DNA of 63,578 nucleotides, the filler included, from Chiloscyllium plagiosum (taxonomy: Eukaryota), in the NCBI RefSeq assembly GCF_004010195.1. It is 4 parts of 2 records of this genome, joined end to end, with 100 filler letters (N's around TTAATTAATTAA, not from the genome) between each part and the next. Parts side by side here need not be neighbours in the genome. Positions count along the whole stretch, not along the records: positions 1 to 16,719 come from NC_057716.1; positions 16,820 to 48,187 come from NC_057716.1; 2 more parts are not named here. One strand, given 5' to 3'. This document shows, one piece after another, positions 11,791 through 23,699 of this stretch. Within the stretch, counting starts at the first letter, position 1. The number at the start of each line of letters is the position of its first letter. Position numbers and translations under genes: made by a program. Below the pieces are notes generated by a model. The model did no database searches. It had not been told where the DNA came from and was given only the letters and a program-made list of their open reading frames with translations.

Positions 11791-14020
11791 TTTCTGTTTT
11801 TCAGCGGCAGCAGCAACTCAAAGGGTGGGAGGTTGGACCAGGGGCCTGCCGGGAGCGGTGAGTCACTGATTTGAGCTTTTATATTTGAACTCGAGCAGAG
11901 GTTTCTGGAAAAGGTGGGACTTCTTTTTATTTCCGTCCTGCGATATAAGTCAGTGTTTTCTCAACCCGAGACCCTATCTTTGTACGGCCTCCCACCCAAC
12001 CACCTCCTCTAACCTTAAAGATCAGGGACATATCAAGTAAGCGTCTCCTCTTTTTTACTTTGTGACTAGGGGACTAGCAGTGCAGGGAGAGGGATGTTCC
12101 TTCTGAAGAATGTTTGAGGTGAGGGACGCCATTAGTGTCCCGTCCAAGTACATCTGCAGGAAATGCACCCAACTCTCCCTCCTCCGAGACCGTGTTAGGG
12201 ACCTGGATGAACTTCGGATCATTTGGGAGGCAGAGGCTGTGATAGATGGGAGTTACAGGGAAGCAGTTACTCCCAGGCACGAAGAAAGCTGGGTAACTGT
12301 TTGAAGGGAGAAAAAGCAGTCAGTGGAGGGATCCCCTGTGGTCATTCCCCTGAAAAACAAATATACTGTTTTGGATACTGTTGAGGGGGACAACTTACCA
12401 GGGGCAAGCAGTGGGGCCCAGGTCTCTGACACAGCCTGTCCCTGTTGCACAGGAAGGAAGGGGGGAAAGGAGGAGAGTGTTAGTCATTGGGGCCTCGATA
12501 GTAAGAGGCTCAGATAGAAGGTTTGTAGGGAACGAATGAGACTCTCGGTTGGTGTGTTGCCTCCCAGGTGCCAGGGTCCGTGATGTCTCGGATCATATCT
12601 TTGGGGTCCTGAAGGGAGAGGGTGACCAGCCTCAAGTAGGTACCAACAACACAGGTAGAAAGAGGGATAGAGATGTAAGGCAGGATTTCAGGGAGCTAGG
12701 GTGGAAGCTGAGAGCTAGAACAACCGTGTCACATGATAGCGAGGCAAGGAATAGGGAGAGATATCAGTTGAACACGTGGCTGCAAGGATGGTGCAGGAGG
12801 GAGGGTTTCAGGTACTTGGATAATTTGGGGCTCATTCTGGGGAAGGTGGGACCTGTACAAACAGGACTGTCTTGAAGCAGAGGGGTACTAATATCCTGGG
12901 TGGGAAATTTGCTGGTGCTATTCGGGTGGGTTTAAACTAGCTCAGCAGGGGATTGGGAACCGGACGTGTAGTTGCAGTGCACAGGAGGATGAGAGTAGGA
13001 AGGAAAGGGACAGGATTTCAGGGTCACAGGAATGTGCTGGCAGATGGCGAAGTGGTTTGTAGTGTGTCTACTTAAACGCCAGAAGTATCCAAAATAAGGT
13101 AGGTGAGCTTGCAGCATGGATAGGTACCTGGGACTTCAATGTTGTAGCGATTTCGGAGACATGGGTAGAGCAGGGTGAGGGATGGATGTTGCAGGTTCCA
13201 GGGTTTAGATCTTTCTTTAAGAATAGGCAAGGTGGTAAAAGAGGGGGAGGCGTGGCCTTGTTAGTCAAGAATAGTGTAATAGTGGCTGAAAGAACTTTTG
13301 ACGAGGACTTGTCTACTGAGGTAGTGTGGGCTGAGGTTACAAACAAGAGAGGAGAGGTCACACTGCTTGGAGTTTTTTTTACAGGCCTCCGCAGAGTTCC
13401 AGGGAGGTGGAAGAAAGGATTAACAAAATTATTGAGTAGGAGTGAAAGGAACAGGGTGGCCATTATGGGGGACTTTAACTTCCCCAACATTGACTGGAAA
13501 TGCTATAACTCTAGTATGTCGGATGGATCAGTTTTTGTCCAATGTGGACAGGAGGGTTTCCTGACACAGTATGTCAAATGGTCGACAAGAGGGGAGGCCA
13601 CACTGGATCTGGTGCTTGGTAATGAACCAGGCCAGGTGTCTGATTTAGTTGTAGGTGAGCACTTTGGAGAGAGTGACCATAATTCAGTTACGTTTAGCTT
13701 TGTGATGGAAAGGATAGGTACATGCCACAGGTCAAGAGTTATTGAGGGGGCAAGGGCAAGAATTAGGATGCATAGAATGGGGTAGCAAAATGCAGGGGAT
13801 GCAGACAATGGAAATGTGGAGCTAGTTTAAAGAACAGATATTGTGTGTCCTTGGTAGATATGTCTCTGTCAGGCAGGGAGGAAGTGATCAGGTAAGGGAA
13901 CTGTGGCTTAGTACGGAAATTACATCACCTGTTAAGCAGAAGAAGGAGGCTTATACGTTGATGAGGCAAGATGGTTCAGATGAGACGATGGAGAGTTAGA
14001 GATTAGCTAGGAATCTTAAA

Positions 14021-15883
14021 GTAAGGGAACACTTGGGAAGCAGCGATCATAATATGTATCATGTCAGTCTGCAGTTTGAAAGAGAGAAGGCAAAATCGGA
14101 TGTAATGGTGTTACGGTTAAATAAAGGTAACTGAGGGCATGAGAGAGGAACTGACGAAAATAGACTGGAAGCAGAGCCTAGCAGAGAAGACAGAGCAAAA
14201 ATGGCAGGAGTTTGTGGGTAAAATTGAGGACACTGTACAGAGGTTCATCCCCAAGAAGAGAAAGATTATCCGGGGCGGGATTAGACAGCCACGGCTGACA
14301 AAAGAAGTCAGGAAATCTATCAAAGAAAAAGAGGGAGCCTATAAAGTGGCCAAGAGCACTGGGAAATCAGAAGATTGGGAAGGCTACAAAAACAAACAGA
14401 GGATAACAAAGAGAGAAATAAGGAAGGAGAGGATCAAATATGAAGGTAGGCTAGCCAGTAATATTAGAAATGATAGTAAAAGTTTCTTTCAATACATAAG
14501 AAACACACGACAGGCAAGAGTAGACATTGGGCCACTTCAAACTGATGTTGGAAGCCTAGCGATGGGAGATAAGGAAATAGCAGGAGAACTTAACAAGTAC
14601 TTTGCATCAGTCTTCACAGTGGAAGACATGAATAATATCCCAACAATTAAAGGGAGTCAGGGGACTGAGTTGAATTTGGTTGTCATTACAAAAGAGAAAG
14701 TGCTAGAAAAACTAAAAGGTCTTAAAATTGATAAATATCCTGGCCCTGATGGGCTATATCCTAGAGCTCTGAGGGAGGTGGCTGAGGAAATAGCAGAGGC
14801 GTTGGTTGAGATCTTTCAAAAGTCACTGGAGTCAAGGAAAGTCCNNNNNNNNNNNNNNNNNNNNNNNNNNNNNNNNNNNNNNNNNNNNNNNNNNNNNNNN
14901 NNNNNNNNNNNNNNNNNNNNNNNNNNNNNNNNNNNNNNNNNNNNNNNNNNNNNNNNNNNNNNNNNNNNNNNNNNNNNNNNNNNNNNNNNNNNNNNNNNNN
15001 NNNNNNNNNNNNNNNNNNNNNNNNNNNNNNNNNNNNNNNNNNNNNNNNNNNNNNNNNNNNNNNNNNNNNNNNNNNNNNNNNNNNNNNNNNNNNNNNNNNN
15101 NNNNNNNNNNNNNNNNNNNNNNNNNNNNNNNNNNNNNNNNNNNNNNNNNNNNNNNNNNNNNNNNNNNNNNNNNNNNNNNNNNNNNNNNNNNNNNNNNNNN
15201 NNNNNNNNNNNNNNNNNNNNNNNNNNNNNNNNNNNNNNNNNNNNNNNNNNNNNNNNNNNNNNNNNNNNNNNNNNNNNNNNNNNNNNNNNNNNNNNNNNNN
15301 NNNNNNNNNNNNNNNNNNNNNNNNNNNNNNNNNNNNCGCCCGAGGCTGGAATCAAATCTGGGACCCCGGTGCTGAGAGGCAGCAGTGCTAACCACTGAGC
15401 CACCATGCCACCCCATTGTTATTTAAGTTTTTCTATTGAGAATAGAGAAAATTTCCATTCTATCTCATAATTGGGATTGTATTCATTGGAGTTTAGAAGG
15501 TTAAGGGGAGATCTAATAGAAACTTACGAGATAATACATGGCTTGGAAAGAGTGGACGCTAGGAAATTGTTTCCGTTAGGTGAGGAGACTGGGACCCATG
15601 GACACAGCCTTAGAATTAGAGGGGGTAAATTCAGAACAGAAATGCAGAGACATTTCTTCAGCTAGAGTGGTGGGCCTGTGGAGTTAATTGCCACAGAGTG
15701 CAGTGGAGGCTGGGACGCTAAATGTCTTCAAGGCAGAAATTGATAAATTCTTGATGTCACAAGGAATTAAGGGCTACGGGGAGAATGCGGGTAAGTGGAG
15801 TTGAAATGCCCATCAGCCATGATTGAATAGCGGAGTGGACTCGATGGGCTGAATGGCCTTAATTCCGCTCCTATGTCTTATGG
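14021..15883 (+). mobile_element. Nested 5'-truncated CR1 of a different subfamily (gap 14845-15336)
   Basis: Open frame 14139-14844 with LNKYFASVFT and PGPDGLYP; tail CCTATGTCTTATGG; TCTTAAA at both junctions (14014-14020, 15884-15890). Confidence 0.8.
15337..15412 (-). mobile_element. HE1-type tRNA-derived SINE, 5' head
   Basis: A box TGGCTCAGTGG and a degenerate B box on the minus strand. Confidence 0.85.
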
Positions 15884-16719
15884 TCTTAAAAGAGAGTTAA
15901 GAGCAAAGCGAGGAAACGAGCAGTCTTTAGCAAATAGAATAAAGGAGAACCCTAAAGCTTTCCGTAGGCATGTGAGGAATAAAAGGATGATTAAGGTAGG
16001 AATAGGGCCAGTCAAAGACAGAAGTGGGAAGTTGAATGTGGACCCTGTGGAGATTGGAGAGGGGCTAAATGAACATTTCTCATCTGTGTTCACTCAGGAA
16101 AAGGAGAATATTGTAGAGGAGAAGAATGAGGTTCGAGATATTAGACTAGGAGGGATTGAGATTAGTTGTGCACAGGTGTTATCAATGCTAGAAGGAGTGA
16201 AAGTAGACCAGTCCCCTGGGCCGGATGGGATTTTTCCGAGGATTCTCTTGGAAGCGAGGGAGGAGATAGTAGAGCCTTTGGGTTTGATATTTGAGTCGTC
16301 ATTGCCTACGGGTTTAGTACCAGAAGACTGGAGTTTTGAAAATGTGCCCTTAGAGTCACAGAGATGTACAGCATCCATGCCGACCAGATATCCCAACCCA
16401 ATCTAGTCCCACCTGCCAGCACCCGGCCCATATCACTCCAAACCCTTCCTATTCATATACCCATCCAAAAGCCTCTTAAATGTTGCAATTGTACCAGCCT
16501 CCACTACTTCCTCTGGCAGCTCATTCCATACCCATACCACCCTCTGCGTGAAAAAGTTGCCCCTTAGGTCTCTCTTATGATCTTTCCCCTCTTACCCTAA
16601 ACCTATGCCCTCTAGTTCTGGACTCCCCAACCTCAGGGAAAAGACTTTGCCTATTTATCCTATCCATGCCCCTCATAATTTTGTAAACCTCTATAAGGTC
16701 ACCCCTCAGCCTCTGACGC

Positions 16720-16819
16720 NNNNNNNNNNNNNNNNNNNNNNNNNNNNNNNNNNNNNNNNNNNNTTAATTAATTAANNNNNNNNNNNNNNNNNNNNNNNNN
16801 NNNNNNNNNNNNNNNNNNN
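16720..16819. other. Artificial contig linker (44 N + TTAATTAATTAA + 44 N)
   Basis: The 12-mer has stops in all six frames and the same 100-nt structure occurs three times. Confidence 0.97.
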
Positions 16820-16993
16820 TGGTCAATTCACCTAACCTGCACATCTTTGGACTGTGGGAGGAAACCGGAGCACCCGGAGGAAACCCACGCAGACACGGGG
16901 AGAACGTGCAAACTCCACAATTCCCCTGAGGCGGGAATTGAACCCAGGTCTCTGGCGCTGTGAAGCAGCAGTGCTAACCACTGTGCCACCGTG
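16820..16993 (-). mobile_element. HE1-type SINE (partial)
   Basis: A box TGGCACAGTGG, B box GGTTCAATTCC, V-SINE-like body. Confidence 0.9.
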
Positions 16994-18571
16994 TAGATCT
17001 GGTCTATCCTTTTCCATCATTATTTTAAATCTAATAGAATTATGGTCACTGGCCCCAAAGTGCTCCCCCAAATCACCTGCCTTGCCTTATTTCCCAAGAG
17101 TAGGTCAAGTTTTGCACCTTCTCTAGTAGGTACATCCACATACTGAATCAGAAAATTGTCTTGTACACACTTAACAAATTCCTCTCCATCTAAACCTTTA
17201 AACTCTTGTTCAAGAAGGGCATTAGAGAAGACCCAGGTAATTATAGACCAGTGAGCCTTACTTCTATTGTAGGAAAGGTTTTGGGAAGGATTATAATCGT
17301 CTAGCAGCCAACAATTTGATTTCAGATAGTCAACATGGTTTCGTCAAGGGCAGGTTGTGTCTCACAAACCTCATTGAGCTTTTTGAGAAGGTGACCAAGC
17401 ATGTGGATGAGGGTAGGACAGTTGATGTGGTATACATAGACTTCAGTAAAGCCTTTGATAAGGTTCCACATGGTAAGCTGTTGGAGAAAATGCAGAGACG
17501 TGGGATTGAGGGTGATTTAGCAGTTTGGATTAGAAACTGGCTTTCTGTAAGAAGGCAGCGAGTAGTGGTTGATGGAATATCCAGCCTGGAGTCTGGTTAC
17601 TAATGATGTGCCACAAAGATCTGTTTTGGGACCAATGTTGTTTGTCATTTTTATAAATGACTTAGACACCGGCATAGGTGGATGGATTAATAAATTTGCA
17701 GACCACACTAAAGTTGGTGGAGTAGTGGACAGTTTGAAAGAATGTTACAGGTTGCAGGGGGACTTGAATTAATTGCAAAATTGGGCTGGGAGGTGGCAAA
17801 TGGCGTTCAATGCAGCTAAATGTGAGGTGATGCACTTTGGGAAGAATAACAGGAAGGCAGAGTACTGGGTCAATGGAAAGATTCTTGGTGGTGTGGATGT
17901 GCAGAGGGATCTTGATCCCTGAAAATTGCTACTCAGGTGGATAGTGCTATTAAGAAGGCATACGGTGTGTTAGGTTTCATTCGCAGAGGGATTGAGTTCC
18001 GGAGTCGCAATATCATGCCGCAACTACGCAAAACGCTAGTGTGGCCACACTTGGAATATTGTGTTCAGTTCTGGTCGCCATATTTCGGGAAGAATGTGGA
18101 AGCATTGGAAAAGGTGCAGAGGAGATTTACCAGGCTATTGTCTGGTCTGGAGGGAAGGTCTTATGGGGAAAGGCTGAGAGTTGGGTCTGTTCTCATTGGA
18201 AAGAAGGCAGCTAAGAGGGGATTTGATAGAGACATACAAGATGATCAGAGGATTAGACAGGGTAGATAGTGAAAGTCTTTTTCCTAGGATGATGACGTCA
18301 GCGTGTACGAGGGGGCATAACTACAAATTGAGGGGTGATAGATTTAAGACAGATGTCAGAGGCAGGTTCTTTACTCAGAATGGTAAAGGTGTGGAATTCC
18401 CTACCTGCTAATGTAGTTAACTCAGCCACATTAGGGAGATTTAAACAATCCCTAGATAAGCTCATGGATGATGATGGGATAGTGTAGGGGGACGAGCTGA
18501 GAATAGTTCACAGGTTGGCACAACATCGAGGGCCGAAGGGCCTGTTCTGCGCTGTATTGTTCTATGTTCTA

Positions 18572-19885
18572 CGCCTTCTTAACCACTTTGTTGACCTGTT
18601 AGGCTATCTTAAGGGACTGGTGGGCATGCACACAAAGGTCCCTCTGATCCTTGGTGCTTCCCAGAATCCTACTGTTTGTCATGTATTCTCTTGTCCTTTT
18701 CTTCCTGCCCAAATACATCATTTTAGACTTATCCAGATTGAATTCCATTCGCCACTGATCAGCCCATCCATATCCTCCTTTAATTTAAGGGTATCCTGTT
18801 GCTATTTACCACCCCAGCAATTTTCATAATATCCATAAACTTAGTGATTAACCCTCCTACATACAAGTCTAAATCATTTATGTGAACCACAAACAGCAAG
18901 GACCCCATTTGGACACAAGCTTCCAGTCACACTTCGATCAATACTGTCTACTTCCTTCCACTCAGCCAATTCTCGATCCAATTAGCCTGATTTCCTTGGA
19001 TTCCAAATATTCTTACCTTTGCTATCAGTCTCCCATGTGGAAATTATGGAACTTATCAAAACCTCACTGAAAGTCCAAGTGGAAGACATGAAAAGCATTG
19101 CCCTCATCCACACACCTAGTTACCTCTTGGGGGGGAAAAAAAAATCATTCACATTGGTCAGGCCCCTGAACAAACCATGCTGACTGTTCTTGATTAATCC
19201 CTGCCTCTCCAAATACAGATTCATTTGGTTCCTCAGCATGCTTTCTATGGTTACCCTACCACTAAGGTTAGACTGACTAGCCTGTAGTTTCCTTGTTGGG
19301 AAGTCATGTTGTGGTTGTACAGGACCTTGCTTAGGCCACTTTTGGAATACTGCATTCAATTCTGGTTACCTTGCTGTTGGAAAAATGTTGTTAAACTTGA
19401 AAGGGTTCAGAAAAGATTGACAAAGATGTTACCAGGATCGAAGGGCTTGCACTATAGGGAGAGGATGAATCGACTGGGGCTGTTTTCCCTGGAGCGTCAG
19501 AGGCTGAGGGGTGACCTTATGGAGGTTTATAGAATCATGATATGCATGGATAGGGTCAATAGTCAAGGTCTTTTCCCCAGGGTAGAGAAATCCAAAACTA
19601 GAGGGCATAGGTTTAAGATGAGAGGGGAAAGATTTAACAAGAATCTAAGGGGCACCATTTTCACACAGAGGGTGGTGAGTGAATGGAATGTGCTGCCAGA
19701 GGAAGTGGTGGAGTCTGGTAAAATTACAACATTTAAAAGGCATCTGGATGGGTATAGGATTAGAAAGGGTTTAGAGGGATATGGACCAAATACTGGCAAT
19801 GGGACGAGATTAATTTAGGATATCTGGTCAGCATGGACGAGTTGGTTCTAAGTATGGAAATACTGTACATTCCTATGATTCTATA
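18572..19885. mobile_element. Two CR1 fragments: minus about 18572-19295, plus about 19296-19885
   Basis: NSQHGLF on the minus strand; 170-aa ORF2 C-terminus (RPLLEYCIQFW, LRGDLMEVY, FTQRVV) and tail on the plus strand. Confidence 0.85.
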
Positions 19886-20837
19886 ATCCCTTAGAGTCAT
19901 AGATGCATACACCACAGAAACAGGCCCTTCAACTCAACTTACCCATGCTTACCAGGTTTCCTAAACTGAACATTTGCCTGTGTTTGGCCCACATTCCTCT
20001 AATCCTTTCCTGTCCATGCCCCTGTCCAAATGTCTTTTAAACGTTGTAATTGTATCTGCCTCTTCTTCTGGCAGCTCATTCCATATACACACCCCACCCT
20101 CTGTGTGAAAAGATTACCTTCAGGTGCCTTTTGAATCTTTCTCCCACACCTTAAACCAATGCCCTCTCTTGGACTCCCCAATGCTGGAGAAAATACCTTG
20201 GCCCCTCATGATTTTATAACCTCTATAAAGTCACCCCTCAGCCTCCTACGCTCCATGGATACAATTCCCAGCCTATCCAGCCATTCCTTATAACTCCAAC
20301 CTTCCAGTCACAATAACATCCTTGTAAATCTTTCCAGCTTAATAGCAACAGGGGAACCAGAATTGTACAGACTACTTTAAATGTGCCCTTAGCAATGTCT
20401 TGTACAGTAGTAACATTATGTCCCAATTGTACTCAATGCTTTGACCAATTATGATACTATGGCTTTAAGTTGTCTATTTTGTTCTTTTAGTTTAAGACCA
20501 AGATGCTGATGTGTCTATTTAAAACTGGTAACAGCTTGTAAGGCCTTGGATTTTTTTAAAGTTGGAACAATAGAAGCAGCCTAAATAGATGTGGTCAAAC
20601 TCTCTCAGAACCAGGACTTTTAGTTACTTAGTTTTTCAGTAGCAGTTGTGTCCGGGTCTGTTGCTGCAGTACATCTCTCCCTGCTACTCTGAGTTCTCTT
20701 GATGTTTTTCCTCCTGGGCTACTGGAGTTGCATGTGATACAATCTGTTTTCTGAATTTGCATTTTGCCAAGGGTGTGTTACTATACTGGAACAATTAATG
20801 TTTATTAATGATTTGGAGAAAATGTTTATTAACTAAC

Positions 20838-21543
20838 TGTTGGAAAAGATCTGCACTCTGCCTAAACATAGCATGGCCACACAAAGCAGAAAATCAAGCC
20901 TGTCTAAACCATACAAGAAACACCCAGAATACCAAACAAGCTGACAAGGGAAACCAGACATAACCACAGTCACTCACAGACCAGGGAACACACTTCCCAA
21001 GACAAACTGACAATAAGCTTCCTGGACCCGATACACACAGCTGTCCCAAAGCCCGAAGGGCAGTCTCCTATCCCTGTGATAGCAAAGCCACACAAAGCTC
21101 AGGTCAGACGGAAAGGCACCAGAATACCTCGCTCACAGGAGAGCAACAATAGAAACCTCTTACTGCAAAGGTAAGAGACATTCTCACCTTCCCTCAAAGA
21201 GAGCTGGAATCTGCTGATCTAATTAAGAACTGATTGATGCTGCCAGGAAGCTTCATTGTATCTACATTCAGATAACTGCTTTGCAATTATCACCATCATA
21301 ACTGGATTACTTGACAGTCAAGACCATTGTATTTTCACTATTTTTAATTAGCATCATTGTTCTTTATTCCTATAAAAACTGGCTTGATTCTCAGCTCTAC
21401 CTTGATCTACCTGTGCAGACTGTCAGTTCTGTGTCAGCCTCGTCAATTTCTCTTCCAGCTATATAGCTTGTAGTAAACAGCTTGTCTATTTCACCCGATC
21501 TGGCTAGTGTGGTCTCTATTCAATTGGGCTCAATTCTCCGACA
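20838..21543 (+). mobile_element. Solo LTR (706 bp)
   Basis: TGTTGGA...TCCGACA termini, 5-bp duplication CTAAC (20833-20837, 21544-21548), TATAAAA at about 21371, AGTAAA at about 21472. Confidence 0.85.
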
Positions 21544-21621
21544 CTAACTAATCTGTTATTCTGTTAAATTTTCCAGTAGAGTTACAGCTAAGCGTGTTCT
21601 TTTTTTTTCTTTTGTTTTACC

Positions 21622-22910
21622 ATTGTCATTGAGTCATGCAGCACAGAAACCGATCCAAACAGTCCATGCCGAACATGGTCCCAAAGTAAACTAGTCCCAC
21701 CGTTTGCTCCTGGTCCAAATAACACCAAACCTTTCCTATCCAAGTTTCTTTTAAGCGTTGTAAATTTATCCGCATCCATCAATTTCTCGGAGTTCAGTCC
21801 ACACGGGAATCATCCTCTATGTAAGAAATTTGCCTCGCATGTCTTTTTTTAAATCTCTCTCCTCTCACCTTAAAAATGTGGCCCCTAATCTTGAAGTTCC
21901 CCATCCTAGGGAAAAGCCAATAACCATTAACTCTATCTATACCTCTCATTATTTTATAAACTTCTATCAGGTCGCCCCTCAACCTCCTAGGCTCCTGTGG
22001 AAAAAGGTCCCAGCCTTTTTTTTTATATAACGTAAAACTTCCATTCCGGGCAACATCCTGGTAAATCTCTTTTGAATCCTCTCCAGCTTAATATCCTTTT
22101 TGTGACGGGGTGACCAGAACTGGATGCGGTACTCCAGAAGAGGCCTCACCAATGTCCTGTACAACCTCAACATGACTTCCTAACTCCTATATTCAAAGGA
22201 CTGAGCAATAAAAGCAAGTGTACCACCCTGTCTATATGTGATGCAAACTTCAAAGAATTATGTAGCTGCACTCCTAGATTCCTCTGTTTGACAACACTAT
22301 CCAAGGCCCTACAATTAATTGTATAAGTCCTAACCTTGTTTGTTGCACCAAAATGCAACACCTCGCATTTATCCAGATTGAACTCCATCAGCCATTTTTC
22401 AGCCCAATCGCCCATTTGATTGAGATCCCTTTGTAATCTTAGTAAATCTTCTTCACTGTCTACTGTTCCACCAATGTTGGTGTCATCTGCAAATGTACTA
22501 ACCATGTCTTCTATATTCTCACCCAAATCATTTATATATGACAAACAAAAGAGGACCCAGAAACTATCCCTGCGGAACACCGCTGGTCACAGGCCTCCAG
22601 TGTGAAAAGCAACCCTCCACCATTATCGTCTGTTTCTGGCTGTTATACCAATTATGTATCCAATTAGCAAGCTCACCCTGAATCCCATGTGACCTACCAG
22701 CATCTGCAGTCATTGTTCTTAACTTTACTAATTAGTCTACCATGCAGAACCTTGTCAAATGTTTTACTAAAATCCAAATAAATATCTATTGTACTGCCAT
22801 CAACAATCTTTTTGCTAACTTTGTCAAAAAACTCAATCAAGTTTGTGAGACCTGATTTTCCTTGCACAAAACCGTGCTGACTATTCCTAATCAATTTCTG
22901 CCTCCGTTTC
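21622..22910 (-). mobile_element. CR1 RT and 3' end, containing a ~25-bp Penelope tail at about 22697-22720
   Basis: YLDFSKTFDKV, FADDT, RPLLEY; insert CCAGCATCTGCAGTC. Confidence 0.85.
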
Positions 22911-23699
22911 ATTTAATGTCAAGTAGTTTCACCAAGTACATTGCATTTGGAATGCAACACCTTACATTTACCTTTAAAATAAGAAAAAGGGTCTAACCTA
23001 TCTCCTTAATATATCTTGAGGGGATTTGGTCTGATCCATAACAAAGCAAGTGTGCCAAATGCCTCCTTCACCCTATCAACCTGTGACGCCACTTTCTAGT
23101 AACATACCTCTGAGGTGTCTCTGCTTGATAACACGCCCCAAATCCAGATGTTTTGAGGTTATGAATAGAATGAGATAAATGCAAGTGCTTTCCTTTTATT
23201 TCTCATGTTTCAGTGCCAAAGCAGATCATCTTCACCTTGAAGAAGACAGGTAAATTATTCTAATCAGTGTCTGACTGGCTGATTGACTGTCCATAACAAT
23301 TTCTGAACACAGCTTGCACAGGTTTACCAAGTTTACATGCTTTATGATCAGTTTTCAGGGAAGCCTACACCATATGGGTGGAGTACCAAAGGTCAATGCA
23401 TGGAAGCATGGCTGTCTTCAAGTACCTCATTCCTCCTTCAGTGCAGGAATATGATAGCATGATATTGTTGGAGAAAGATATAGTCTCAATCATCTCACGG
23501 AGGACCAGAAAATGCAAATCTAAAGTAAGGTACTTTTTGTATCCCTTGTTTTGTGTCTAATATCCAAATCTTGTGATATTACAATGTGACATTCAGTTAT
23601 CTAAGCTAGACTGTTTTCCAAAAGTGAGATGGGAACCCCAAAATGACTGGAAAAAAAGATTTTGCTGTTTATGGGCTTTACCTAGACATTTTCAATGTG

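Larger units (their letters stand above)
16353..17200 (-). mobile_element. Nested antisense CR1: 3' end at 16353-16719, endonuclease part at about 16995-17200
   Basis: 3' tail left of the linker; GEHFGASDHNSI right of it, in the same orientation. Confidence 0.75.
11800..18570 (+). mobile_element. Near full-length decayed CR1 (5' UTR, zinc-finger/esterase ORF1, ORF2 EN-RT, 3' tail) hosting two nested CR1s and two SINEs
   Basis: YICRKCTQL, VCCLPGARV and GTN in ORF1; EN 13060-13710; ORF2 resumes at 15890 and again at about 17203 (YIDFSKAFDKVPH, KFADHTK); TTCTATGTTCTA tail at about 18560-18571. Confidence 0.85.
20450..23043 (+). mobile_element. Probable solo LTR, itself interrupted by two insertions
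   Basis: Non-coding, ends in CCATAACA, and sits exactly within the break in the CR1. The 5' TG is not clean. Confidence 0.5.
19890..23140 (-). mobile_element. CR1 3' fragment, outermost host of a nested stack
   Basis: CR1 sequence stops at about 20449 (CTTTGACCAAT) and resumes at 23044 (AAGCAAGTGTGCC). Confidence 0.7.

Noticed and set aside
16764..16775. TTAATTAATTAA palindrome, repeated at 48232 and 56788, as a biological motif
   Set aside because: Always centred between exactly 44 N on each side; it is a six-frame-stop assembly spacer.
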